NCBI GenBank assembly: GCA_002633005.1
Contig: NMRA01000241.1
Coordinates: forward strand, 290,952-354,951
Source: Phoronis australis
Taxonomy: Eukaryota; Animalia; Phoronida
Length of the DNA: 64,000 nucleotides
Direction: 5' to 3'
Below the pieces are notes generated by a model. It was not told where the DNA came from and made no database searches. It saw only the letters and a list, made by a program, of their open reading frames with translations. The translations under genes and the position numbers were made by a program. Numbering within the stretch: position 1 is the stretch's first letter; every line of letters starts with the position of its first letter. This document shows positions 35,301-48,760 of this stretch, in pieces.

Positions 35301-38300
35301 ATAACATAAGCACCAAGTCACGTGACTAGAATTTGATCATGGGCATGTGCTTGGGGAAACCCCTCTTCAGTATTTATGGGACACTTTTAAATTGCACGCA
35401 TTTTGTTTAGTTTATTTCAGAAAACTAGGCCTACGCGGCCCTTGCTACAATACAATCACAATATGTAAAAACAGGAGAAGCGCTGTCAATTATTTAACCT
35501 GCGTTTAAATGCATGATGCACAAATTTACAAAATGATCAATTTGGAGACAACGACATTTTAAAGAATTTATCATAAGTAGGAGGGTGGTATTGTTCTGCA
35601 GGAAGAAATCTGCTCCTCAAGTCATTATAGTAGGGACGTTCTATACAAAAGTGGCCTGTCATTTTCAATACATGGTCTTACACAGAATGTACACAACCTC
35701 TCAGACCTTGGCATGTTGCAATGTCTACCTTTTTCAATGTACAAATTATGTGCCGAGCATCTTAGTCTGATCATTTGCGTTCTAATTGCAATACTATCAA
35801 TCATATCTAAGTAATCTTCGTAGAATATACGTGATTTAATTTTCGAGTTTCAACGATTTAGTTAAGACACCAGGCCCCTGTTGCTGATTAACATCATTGC
35901 ACCGCTGTTTAAATAAATGCAAGAACTGAGATTCTGTTCCTACACCATGGTTAAACCAAACTCCGCCAAAGCTAAGCGAGAGCAAAAGTTTTTTTTGACA
36001 TCGTTCGCCCAACATGGCTTGTTACCATTCTGTGTCAAGTTGTATTGCCAGGCATAACAATGATGAACAATTTTTTAAACTATCTCAAGTCTCTCTCAAA
36101 TCGGTCTAATCGATTCGAGACAAAAACAGGTTTACGTTTGATAGAAGTGAAAGCGCATTAGATTATTGATGAATGATCTTTATAAATGTAGGGCAATGAT
36201 CGAAACTTTGTCATGTAGACTCAAGCCGTCTTTACGCTCCATGTATAACAGTAATAACCTATTATGAAAGCCTGAAAATGGCAAAATTCAGACTTTTGTC
36301 CAGACACCAACTGGCGGCTGACTTCGGTATTAAAATACTACACATCTTACTTCCATTTCTTTTCTCCTGACCACCTCGTAAACAGAATTGTTGGACACCC
36401 TTTTCACCAATAACTACAAACGACATTTCACGATTTTCAGTAGTCCCGGCTGGAAAGTAAAGTTTCATCACTGAGAACTAGCAATGAAGGAAACTTAAAG
36501 CGGCTACGAACCCGCCTTCCAACACCAAAAAAACAACTTTTTATCAAGATCACTTTAGTGTTATGAAATTTGTCTAAAAGTGTTCCTTCGTCAAATTGGA
36601 AAAGATTTCGGGGCTTCGAAAGAGCTTACCATTGGTTATTGGTTGACACCGAGGCTCTACAAGCTGAATTGTCACGGCGTGTCATTTTATGCCTCGAGCA
36701 TAGCCCGTGCTTTGTGAATCCAGAAATCATTTTTCATTTGAGTAATTTTATATCGGTAAGTGGTCTAAATCAAAAGTTTGCTTCTTGGTCGCAACGCGGG
36801 GCTATAGCCTCTTTAAATATGCGTATAGTCGGTCTAAATTTTGAGCAGGAGTTCTAAACAACCATGAATCAGCCAGTGTTCGGGAGGTCAACGTCGGTTA
36901 GGCTGTTCTGAAAGTTGCAATCCCACCCAACTTTTGAAGTAAACTCTTCTTTATTCTATAAATTTATTTGCATTTCTTAAAGGTGGAGAAAACGTGTTTA
37001 AGCGCGAGGACAGTAATTTTTTGTGCTTTTAGGGAGTACTTTACAGTCAAAATTGAGCTTTTGCAGCCAGATACACATTTTTATTTATGTAGTTTGTTGA
37101 AGTCTAATTTTAAAAAGCACTTATGACGTCACATTCGTTTGTTTTATCCATCTATTTACGAAATTTATGGGATATTTGCTGCAAGTGATGCATACTCAGA
37201 CGACTACTCTAGTTTGGATTTAGTCAAAAAGCGCTAAATTCACGGCTCGTACTTTCTTTAATAAAAATGGAGAATGTCTCATGAAACACACTGCTTTGAA
37301 CTTCGTTTGTCTTTAGTATGATTATAAAGGGAAATTTCCAGCTTACTCGCTATCTAAAATGCAACTCACGAAGCAGGTTACTCATCTAAAATTTATGTTT
37401 GGGAGTTAACAAGTAAAATGAGGGTACCTGAAAAATCGCCAGTTTTGACAGAGTTGGTCAACTCTTCCAAAACTTGGCTGTAGTCTCACAAGTCATTTAG
37501 ATTGTAGAAACCAACTGTCGTCAGGTATAAGAAATTTTCGAGATTAAGTTGTGAGTTGATCACAATTTTCACATTTTGGCAAAAATAGACAGGAAGTGTC
37601 CCTTTTATACACCTGATCTGTCCAAGCTTACGGAGGTAGAAAATAGTCACCGGATGAATCAATTCCACAGCGATGGTATTTGCTTAAGATTGGAAACATG
37701 ACATGCGATGATCTCCTATAGTACTCACTCAATAAACGCAAAACGCGCTCGCCTAGCTATCTTGAAAAATTGGCTGAAACAAAAAATTGTAGGCCTATTT
37801 TGATTTCCGATTTCTTCTTCTCATTGTGAACCTAACTATTACGGCCTTCCTACGCTCAATGCGTGCCTATTGAAATGTATTGCTACGATCCTGAGTTATT
37901 TACTTTTAATATGTATCCCAATTTCCTGTATTTTCAGTAGATCTGGGTTTATACTTCATTTGGCTGGCAGCCTTGCACTTGTAAACTCATCCGTGATGTT
38001 ACAGTCTTTGCGTAATTAATCAACGCTCCAACCGTTGAATGTTTTAAAGTCAAGATAAATATTTTGAGTTGAATTTTTGTGTTTTCACAGACGAACTCTA
38101 AGTAAGCGCACATTCACGATGCATCGCTGTTTTCTTCGTTGAAGTTACAGTTAGCAGCTGTAAATTGAAGAGGACGTGTTGGGCGAAAAGAGAGCTGTTT
38201 ATGTGGGTAACAAAACTGCCTATAAGAGACAGAGCCGCTATTTGTAAAATGATATTTGCAACAGAACTATGCTGTGTGAACATAACCCATTAACTTCTTA

Positions 38301-40456
38301 TTAATTTTGAGTAGTATTTTCGACAAAATCAACGCCCTTAATCTGTTTCCTACATCAATTACTCCATCATTTCAATTAAGATTCAGTCCATGGCACGTCT
38401 GTTACACAAACTCCTTAAAGAGCCACATTCCGACTTGTACACATCACAACTACATGAAAGCAAATGAAGCGAAGTAGGTAATTTAAGATAAAATTGGTTT
38501 TGCCAGCTTTTTATGAAGAGGTTAAACTGCTCTCCTCCCTCAAAGTTCGTTCGAGAGGCAACACGAGGTCACTTTCAAGTTGCAACGGCAATTTACTCAA
38601 CCAAAGCGTATGTCACTTTGAGCAAACTTCGCATGATTCCACTCCCAACTTTTGAGGACAGTCACACATGTTTACTTCGTTTCTAATTATCTAATTAGGG
38701 TTAAAAATTTTTATCGGTTAAAGCGGACTTAGTATCCCTTTAAAATAGCTGCTTATTTTACCTGTCATGTAACTGAACCAAGTGACAGGGAGTCGACTGC
38801 ACTTTGATTTTATTAGCAAGAAACATGATAAATACTTTATTCATTAGCATGGTTAGCGTTATCGTGTTCACCAACTCTTTGAACACAGCAAATATCGTGA
38901 AGCCAATAGTCAAAGCAAGAACCAGACTCAAATCAATGAAGTCATGCTTTAATGTTAAATCGATGGCAATTTAGCTCTATGTTTGATCGCAACTGGACAT
39001 GAAATACTCTCTTCCAATAAGCGACTGGGTAATGAGATAAATTACCTATCGATTATTTTGCTTCGAAATTCTAAAGTGGACTAACTGCAAGAATAACAGA
39101 GGTAAGCTGCCAAAATATATTCACTTCTCAACTAGCCAAGAAGTAGGAGTACTTTCTGTTTTAGAGCCCCACTTCCAAGTAAATTGAACAACTGAACGTA
39201 ATCTATACATGTATGTGTACATGGTGCATATCTTACGAGGTTTTAGCCTACAGTAGGAGTGAAAGAACCTTGGTTTACAAAAAGGTAGTCAGAAAACGAG
39301 TCGCAAAATGATGGATTTACGCAGTGCAGCTTTACGGTTTTTGAAACACGGCTTAATCTGAAACGCTACTAGGACTATTTAGGATGGTTTTCTGTGGCTC
39401 ACACTGGTATAAAAATTAGTTGAGGGCTAACTTGAAATGCATGTACCAGTGTGAACCACGCTGAACAGTCTCATTAAAGGGGCACTTCATTTTGCTCATT
39501 ACAGGCTTTCTAATGTTCTTAAATTTCCCATAAATTCTTCATTCCTGAAATTCTTATTTTTACATATTTCGGGCATTTTCCTATTTTTCCATTCTTTATG
39601 TGATGTGGATCGCAATAAAGTACCGAAGTAGACACATCTATAGTATTGTAAAGCTATGAACGCATGACCACTTATAGACTGGTAGAATTGAGTTCTCTTT
39701 GCACTTTCGTCAGTAGCCGTGTTTCCTGACTTGGAGTTGCATCGTAGACTACATGTGACTGTCTATTGGCCATTGTCAAGGTTTATTCTACAATTATTCT
39801 CGGCGAAATTGGCTTCAGTAATCGTCAATTTTAGAAGAGTACTGGTGTTGGCGTCTCTAGACAGGGTGTTCAGATGTGCGAGATGTATACCTGTCTCGGT
39901 CGGTTCGCTAGACCTGTTCTGGTCTAAGCCTTGATCTGCATGGCACCAAACTTTTACAGTGCTGTTGTGCTAGTAAAGTACACAAGACTGTTGTCCGAGA
40001 AGGTTTAGCTATTATATACGAGTTATATGGCACATACCGTAAACGGTAAAATCATAGGTTAAAAGTTCTTAATCTATGGTGAAATGTCACATATAAGGCC
40101 ATCGCATTATTCGGGCATTTTGCACACGGTTTTTCGCCTCAAATACCATGTTCTCCGTTTTGAATTTTACGACATCGAGAGAAACTGTTTCGTTTCATGA
40201 TTTTATTCACATTTGCCATGGAATGGTTTTAGCCAACAAACATTTCATTATAGGCTTTGTATTATTTGTGTTCATGGTTGATTGGCAAAATAATCAAGAA
40301 AAATAAAAACCAGCCTTATACCCACACAATTTAAGTCGTGCATTTTAAAAGTGTTGGTAGGAAGTGCTTATTACATATGAGCTCATATGTGGGATTTTAC
40401 GGTAAGTGTGTTGAAGGGTTTAGAGTATAAGCTGAAAGCGTTGATCTTGAAGGTGC

Positions 40457-40735
40457 ATTAAAAAGGTATGGAATGCGAGGGCTCGTCGAAAATACCGTTT
40501 AAACAATTCCTGACAAAAGTACCACCTCGCAACGTCTAGTACAGAGTAATTAACTTCCCCTGTGAGGAAATTACCAGAAAAAATCACAAAATTCACGATC
40601 TTTGAAATACTCGTGAAGAAAAAACTGTGGTTACCACAGAGTTTCTAATCTCCCTCCCCCCATATGATATATGTGCGAATGCGGTCACAGCCAGTAGCTT
40701 GAAGTCGCTTGAGGTCAAAGGTCACGTTTTCCATA
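40457..40735 (+). repeat. Dispersed repeat; inverted copy at ~55790-56038
   Basis: CAATTCCTGA...CCTCGCAACGTCTAGTACAGAGTAAT...CTTGAGGTCAAAGGTCAC matches the reverse complement of 55790-56038. Confidence 0.75.
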
Positions 40736-40953
40736 TAAGAGAAATGTGCTACGTCTTTGTCTTGCCACACCAAATATGGAGACGAGCTTTGCCTTGTGGG
40801 AGAAAAATCAACGAAGTGGGGAACAGATGACAGATGGTTTTTCTGAAATTTGAAAGAGAAAATGCTTAGATATCAACAGAAATTAAAACTCTTTACGAAC
40901 AAAGCCTAAAAATGCCTGGTGTGCAGGTTTAATTCTGTTTCGGTGGCAGAGAA

Positions 40954-41269
40954 CAGTGGCGGACCTAGGATACCATGAGGTGGCCCAAAATGTTGCCTCG
41001 GGGAATTGGGCAAAGCGCGAGTGTATGTGCACAGGCGCCCGAAAGTGGCGGGTGTCGAGGCTGGGAACCTTTTGTTCAGAAAATCTGTCAATGGACTAAA
41101 AAAACGGGAACACGATTCCGCCACCATCTAGGGTCTGAGCCCTCCCCTCAGCCGCTACCGGTTCAACTCAATATTTGCTCACGCTTCGCGCTGTTGCTGT
41201 TTCATTTTGCTTGCGGCAGTCAAGGGGATGGGGGGCCCGGGCCCCCTGCCCCCCCTAAATCCGCCTATG
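40954..41269. mobile_element. GC-rich MITE of the CAGTGGCGGA...TCCGCC type
   Basis: Ends CAGTGGCGGACCTAG / CTAAATCCGCCTATG, internal GGGGGCCCGGGCCCCC palindrome, GAGAAC near both junctions. Confidence 0.6.
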
Positions 41270-42973
41270 GAGAACCACTTTCAATATTTCAATTTAATCT
41301 GTTTATCGCTTTCCAAGCCTCTTTAAAACTCTGGGCCAGCAGGCGGGTAGGAATGCAACTTTAAATTGAGTCATGCCCTTATAATGACGCCTAAGACAGA
41401 AGAGATGTGGACACTGAGATACCCTTATATCCCAGTCTTGGTACTCGCCGGGTCACAGTGCTTGCTTCACCCCTTTCACTTTGAACAGGCTGGCCAAATA
41501 TGGTTACAAAATTCTTCTCCGTGCAATTTAGGAAGTTGCTTAGTGTGTTGCATTGTGTAGTTGTCAGTGGTATTGGTAGTGAAGGTGGTGAATCTAGTAA
41601 GGGAGTATGGTATGTACTACAAACTGAAGTGGATGTTAGGTGACGTACGTGCTAATATGTTTGGTGATATTGTCATATGTAGGCCATTGCAATGTTGCAG
41701 GTATAACAGTACTTTGGTGCCTGGAATTTCCGTATCTGCGACCTGTGTAAATTATGGGCAGGCCGTACAAGTTGTGCTAGACGCAGCTTGAACATCTATT
41801 GCACGTGCCAGAGTAGGAAATCCTAGAGTGATGGACAGAAATGCTGTTAAAAAGGTTTAGCCCAAGTTACTATAGTTATCGATCTTAAATCTGATTATGA
41901 AAAGACATATAATAAAATGTGTTGGCAGTCATGCGTCAGAGTTTCCAGGGGTTGGGAAAAATAATCAAATTGTTGAGGATTTGATTGGTCAATTGTAGCA
42001 AAGAATTATGAAAATGTGCATGTTATGCTCTGTTTATTTCGAAACAAATGATGTCATGTTGAAAGGTCATCTTTTAAGAATACGTTTCAAGTAAGCTGAT
42101 TTGCACTGAATTTCAATTTTTCTTGATTTTCAGTGAAATGGAATAACACAACTTTATGCTCCATATTACTTATGTTTTTACGGGGCTCACCCAGGTTGTT
42201 TCAGAGGTGTTACTCTTTAATGTAAGTGACTTTTTACTAGATAATGCGGAAAAGGGACGTAGGAGGCTATGGTAATGAAATTGTTGCCTGTGGTCGACTG
42301 CACTAGAGTTTGAAAAATTGAATTTGTGTCTTGAATTGTCACCTTTCTACGACCCTGTGGTGTGTCTTGGTAGTGAATCAGCTTTCGACCTACTTTTACT
42401 TACTTTGTGCCTTGCAATTCCTACTTTACCACACTTTTTGTTAACAAAATGTTACAGCCATTCTCATTTTCCTTCAGGTAAAAAGCCTGAAATCTAAGGT
42501 TATCGCTTGTTTAGTATAAATGCCAAAACAGTTTAGGTGACCTATTTATAATTTAAAGTAGTTTTATGTTCTGCAACTAGGTCGTTTTTTTGCTAAATTC
42601 ATTGACAAATTACAGCAAAATATGCAACTTTAGACGTGAGAACTTTTTACATCTGGAAAGTGCACCTATGAACGAGTTGAAAAACGTTAAAACGAAACTT
42701 TCAGGTGAAAGTACTTGCAAAACGAGTTTTAAAGCTGCTCTAACAGCTCAGGAGGCGTTCGCGTTTCATTGCAAACAAACTCGAGTTTCTTGCACATGCA
42801 CAAGCAGCCTTATAATTATTGTGCAAAACAGTACGATTTGCTCTGCAGTGAAAGAAACGAGGTCAAACTTTGGTATCAAATGAATTCGGCAAATGTTTGG
42901 ACTTGCAACAAAAACATTAGTCTATCTTTTAATTGTTCAGCGCTCTCTGCCCATTAGTCTTCACTGGTGGACG

Positions 42974-43046
42974 ACCTCGCTGGTTCCCTGCGTGCCGCTA
43001 GATGGTAGCTAGCACGCTGGCTAGTCACGTAGGGAACCAGCGAGGT
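42974..43046. mobile_element. 73-bp miniature inverted-repeat element with 5-bp TSD
   Basis: ACCTCGCTGGTTCCCT / AGGGAACCAGCGAGGT perfect 16-bp TIR; GGACG on both flanks (42969-42973, 43047-43051). Confidence 0.75.
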
Positions 43047-43192
43047 GGACGACCTGTATCTGACCTGCTCGCAGCGCCCTCACGCGGATTAATTTATGAA
43101 AGTACCTCCATTGCTTGACTCTTGGGATTCATCGTGGAATAGCAAAGTTACAAGGCGGGGCACAAACGAGTGCAATCGCATAGGAAAACATC

Positions 43193-43422
43193 GGCCCGTT
43201 CCAAGAAAACTGACTTAGCTAAGACAAATCTTAAATTTAAGCCAATGTTAAGATAAAACGTCCTTTCCAAGAAAGTAATCTTAAGTTTGACTTAAGTTTT
43301 TAAGTAAAGTTTTGTCTTAAGTTCGACTAACTTACCAGATGTGGAAGTTTCAAAGTTTGGAAGTTGAGACAAATCTTAGACTTGAGTAAAAATGAGCTGA
43401 AGTCAGTTTCTTAGAACTGGCC
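43193..43422 (+). mobile_element. ~230-bp MITE (PIF/Harbinger-like ends), copy 1
   Basis: TIR GGCCCGTTCCAAGAAA / TTTCTTAGAACTGGCC; internal GGAAGTTTCAAAGTTTGGAAGTTGAGACAAATC shared with the inverted copy at 59681-59915. Confidence 0.75.
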
Positions 43423-46400
43423 TAATGTCTACAGACTCAGTGAAGAGAAATTTGACGGATTTTCGGAGATTTTGTCGAAGCCTACTTGTTGCTTCAGTGT
43501 TGTATGCATACATTTTTGTAGTTTTAAAGGGACATAGGTGGGGGCGCATATTTATGTGTAAGAGCGTACTTGGTACGTCATTATAGTTTTTGTAGTCAAA
43601 GGAAAACATGCCGTTATCACGCGGTTCACCATAAACGTTTTTAAAGACCTCAAACACAAGTAAAGACACAAACCATCCCCAAACGTAATGCTCTGGGCGT
43701 CATCAAGTAAAAGGACTCTCACTAAGGTTTCACCTTTGACTGACAGGCTTAGCCGTTCCGACAAATGTCCCTTCAACTTTCATTGACGTTAGAAAACAAC
43801 TGATATCATAACACGGGGAAATTCAATACATTTTCTGAGACCTAATTTCTTGTATTCAAGGTTTATGTAGTAAAAGTGAATGGAATACACCAGAACGATT
43901 ATAGGAAGATGTTACCAAAAAACAACAACGTATTTTGTATCAATTTAGATCGAATAGTTCCAATCGATAACAAAAAATTCGGTTCTTTTACCTGACACCA
44001 GACGGCAGACGGAGATGTTGAAGTTAACCAATGACGTCACAGGTTCTAACACAGTCTGCTCAGCAGTTCACAAGACGCTTACTGGTGTCAGTTTATCGCT
44101 TGAATTCATCGTTTTACACCAATAAATCATCAAAATTAGATGCAAATATATTAATTTTTTAAACAAATCAGTCGTTTTATTTCGCTGTTACGGATTTATA
44201 GAAATTTTGAACGTACCGTAGCTTACAAAGTTCGCCAGGGCAGGCCAACTTACCGAGGTTGGTCGCGGGAAGTTTGGAGTCTGTTCGGTGATAAATTAGA
44301 ATTATTCTTCGGTGAAATACAGCCACTGAGGAGACCATAGCCGTGCGTTGTAATTTTAGACTTGCCGGCGAATTTCATCTGTTCTAAACACATAACGCTC
44401 GTTATAACCTAGTGGCTCAGGACACGATCAGGTCCGTCGTGGCCGGACTGGAGACATTACGAACATAATCCAGCCGGGTTAGTTAGCTGCAAAAGTTGAA
44501 AACTAAACTTCCAATCATGAAAAAACTAGACTAGTGAACAAAAGAAGTAATGTGCACGTGAATGTTTTGGCGAATTCGCCGCTAAATTGCAAATTTTCTT
44601 ACTTGTCGGGGGCCGCGAAGCCAAGTTCCCCTTCCACAGAAGCGTTCAGGGGAAAATGTGTACAATAACAATGATTTAAATAATGTAAATATATCTAAAT
44701 AAAGATTCCTCTAACATCTGATCATAGCATAAAAATCGAGTAATAGTTTCACAACAGCTTTTTGTCAGCAAACACTGAATTAGCATTCGGTCACATGGCG
44801 GTCAACTAGTTTTATTGCATCTGAAGCCGGTAACGCAGTATGTTTTATTCATTGTTGATTTCTCAAAACATTTGCATTCACGAACACTCCTATGGCATTA
44901 CAGATTGTGTCTAATGAGACAGACTTTGTTTCATTTTTATATTGGTCAGGGTGAAAATAATTCATTTTGAAACAGAATCGCTTTGCCGGCCACAGACAGG
45001 GAGATATTTCACGGCCTCTTACTTGGTATTACGGCGTAGTTTTCATTCTTTACTGCCGAGAACCACTTTCTAAGCATTTCGGGGTTCTCGAAGAAATCGA
45101 AAAAACGATATACCCGCTTTCCTCGTAGCTTCATGGTTCGCACAAGCGGGAGCGATACGCCACACCATAGCGGCATACACTCACTGCAGAACCACTGACG
45201 TCACTGCGTCGTGCACTCACCTTCCTCACTGTGAGGTGAGATCGACCGTACATGAGGTGATGTGGATATAGACCGATTAAGACGGTAACAAAAGCTAATT
45301 AAATCGGGTGGCATTCTCCCTTAAAGCTGAAATCATCTTTCTGAAACACTGAAACGTTGTGATCCATAAATTTTGTGATTTTCGTTTTTTGAACGAATTT
45401 AATAGTAATAACTAGTTTTAAGTAGTGTTTTTCTTCAATTCAAAACTATGAATTCGTAATGAACACACCCATAGACTATGATAATTTTCTCAATTTCTTG
45501 GAATTTAGGAGACAAAAGACCTAAGGTACATCTATTTTTAGTAGTTTATATTGCGTGTATACATTGCGTATGGAGCAATAAGAGCTTGTAAGATCACATT
45601 TATTCAGCACTGGTCTCTGGTAAGCTACCTTCGCTTTATTAGTTGCTTGTTTTTTGTTTTGGAAAAAAATCCCAGAGATATGGGGTTCTTACACAGGTGA
45701 CACTATGAAACACTTGTTGCCTCTTATGTAGTGACTGTTCACGTTCAGACTGCATTCGACAGAACTGGCTTTTCAGTTTAAATTTCCTACAAAAGGGTTT
45801 TAAGATAAAACCATTTGTAAAATTTGAAATCTCAACAAAAAGGTTATTTAAAGAGTAATATTTTCATAGGATCTCTCAACAAACAACTCCATTTTAATCG
45901 TACTTACTATCTAGAAGGTTGGGTTTTCCTTGTGCGGACTCTTTAAAAGGGTGAATTTTCTAATTCCGCACCACCATAACCGGTCGAAATACAGTCTAGT
46001 ACCCCCCCAGACTTGCCATGAGTCGCAATGGTGATTGTTTCGACAAATACTTTGAATATTGTTCTTCTGGAAACTCTTTTTCAATTGATGACCTTTCGTT
46101 CACAACAAAGCCGGTAAATAGAGGTTGTATTACAAAGTAAGGTGGAAGATGTTTGCTTCACAAGCATGTGGAATATTTCAAAAGCGACTCAGCATACGTA
46201 TGTCTGAACTCTCTTAGTATGACTAACTCCACGAAGACAACGCACACACTTCTCGCTCGTTCTCCTTTTCTCCCGATGCAAGTAACCAGGCAATAAAGGG
46301 TAGAGTTCAATAACGCTAGTGTCTCGCTAGAAAAGCAAGATCTCACGAGACTGTGAAATATCGCCGTGTATTTTCAATGTGGACACGTGATTTTGGCTAG

Positions 46401-47449
46401 ATTTTTCTCGACGCTAGACAGTACTTCAAAATTCGTTCCCTGTATTGTTGACAAGTGTTGTTATTGTTGTAATTTCTCGTGACACACAACAACGTCACCG
46501 TAGCTAGTTTTATTTCAGGAAATCAGTTGCTTAGCATTTTTATTGAACGAGGAAACACTTGAAATCTTTTGACAACTTTCCAGAAAAATGTCCAATGGCG
46601 TTAACCAATAGCTTCATGATTTTGTGCAATTGCATTAATCGTCACTAGCAATGTGACTGTAACTCCTATTAACAGAATTATTATTATTCACAGACACTTG
46701 TCAATCGGCGATTTCGTAGCATACAAAAATCCAACGCACGTATATGTTACTGTTCTCAAATTGTATTGTTACATAATGCATTTCTGTCTGTTTTAACAAG
46801 ATAGGTAAACAAGAAATTAAACCATAATTATTGATAGGATTATGTGTTCATGTGACGCCATAAAGTTACATATGAAGACATGAAAATATGAATTGTAGAG
46901 CTCAGTGCTGATATTATCTGGTCTATTGATGCACTGCCATAATTCCATTGTGCACCTACTCAGTTTAATGACTTGATCCGACACTCGTGCCGGAGTGAAA
47001 TTTGACTAATTACGTACCTGTACGATTACATCGATACTTTTCAACGAAAACCAAATACAGACGGTGTTCATCTGCTTAACCGTCATGATCAGTAAAACGC
47101 GGTTCATGTGGCACTTGAAAAGTGAGTCTGTTTCAGATTGGAATTTGGTAAACACAAATCCCATCAACCGTGATTTTCGAGGCCGTAAAGCAGAAAGGAT
47201 GGAGTTCGGAATAGAATAGTCCCTCCTACCATTAACAGAAAAAAATATCTGAAAAAAGCATATTTTTAGTACTTTTTATCAATTGTTGGGAGATTAAAAT
47301 AAAAAAACCTGGACACGAATTGAACATTAAAAAACAAATAAAGATACTCGTTGCTTTAAAATGAAGCAGGAAATGATAATCGCTGGAGGTTATATTGCAC
47401 GTGTGAGTGAGCTTTAATTGTTCCACAAGGCGATCAACTTAGAGAACTC

Positions 47450-48760
47450 CAACCGTTGTAAACTGGCCTCTGCCTACGTTAGAGCGACGCGAGCAGTTTG
47501 GAGGTCATACTTGTGCCTGAATACCAAGCAGCTGATGAACAACCAGAATGACACGAACTTAAGGTGACGGCAAAAATTTTCTTGATCTCAGGACTCATAA
47601 AATTTGAAACCACCTCTAACTTAAGTAATGACATTTTCAGCGACAACTTCTCCACCTAAAATGTTACCTAGAGATACAGCTAGGCATTTGATCACAGGTT
47701 TACAAACAATTTTTCGTCATTGTGTAACACATTTAGGTAACTGTTTTTGTTTACTCTGTGATTCGGAACCAACCAAAATTACTTCGGTTTTGTCCAGATG
47801 CAACGAAAGTTTGCTAGCCAGGTCACTGGAAAGACACTGTTCAATAGTGGCAGTCTTTTTGACTGACAAAATAAAGACAAAATCGTCTGTATATATCAGA
47901 AACTTGCATTTTATAGCAAGCAAAATGACAATAACATAGACAAGAAATATAAAGGAACCCCTGAAGGACTCCGCATATTGTATCTCTAGGGCTTGAGTAG
48001 TGTTCATTAGTACTAACAATTAGGGAGCGGTTGCCGAGATGTGACGATAAGTAGGTGCGCCCAGTTGCCCGAAGTGTTGTGATTGACAGTGTAGAAAGCT
48101 TTTTGGAGGTCATTCACTTTCACTCCAACATAATTTTCTTTGTCCTGTTGTCGATTGATTTCCTAAAACAAATGCAGAAGACATGTTTCAGTCCAGAAAG
48201 TAGTTATGAGTTATTAGCTGGCTAAATTGTTTATGAGATGCTAAGCGCTCAATGGATTTGGAATTACAGGGAAGAATGGAAATAGGACGATAGTTTTCAG
48301 GTTCAAGTTTGCTTCCTTTCTTGAACAAGGAAGTAACCATGGCTGTTGTCCACTCAGTAGGTAATCGAGATGTATTCAAAGACACATTTTAATGAGTGGT
48401 GTAACTATGCCCAAATCCGCCCTTAACAAATCTAGGCGGTATTTCATGTAGTCCATACATAGATGCATTCAGGTTGTTAAAAATTTTGAAAAGCACCTCA
48501 GTGGTAACTGGACTGAGCTTAAAGTTCGCAGTCGTTGTGATTTGGGAACAAAAAATAAAGTTAACCGCTGGTCCAATTGACTCATGGAAGTTAATTGAAA
48601 TTATAAATAAATGGTACACCATGCATAAGTCTAGTTGCCTTGTTGGTTTATTGTCGCGTACTCGACAGAGTAGATCATTCCCGGAGATGTCTGACTCTTC
48701 ACTTTCACGCGGGTCATAAAAGAAGCGCTGATATAGCACAAGTTTGCGCAAGAAAATCAT
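47450..48760 (-). mobile_element. Decayed non-LTR retrotransposon (CR1/L2-like) reverse transcriptase
   Basis: Fragments in order on -: GLHEIPPRFVK, LPTEWTTAMVTSLFKKGSKLEPENYRPISILP, CGVLQG (GVPQG), LIYTDD (YADD), LSLHLDKTEVILVGS; frameshifts and stops throughout. Confidence 0.88.

Noticed and set aside
40975-41364. 129-aa Pro/Gly-rich ORF
   Set aside because: Coincides with a GC-rich MITE; no recognisable domain.
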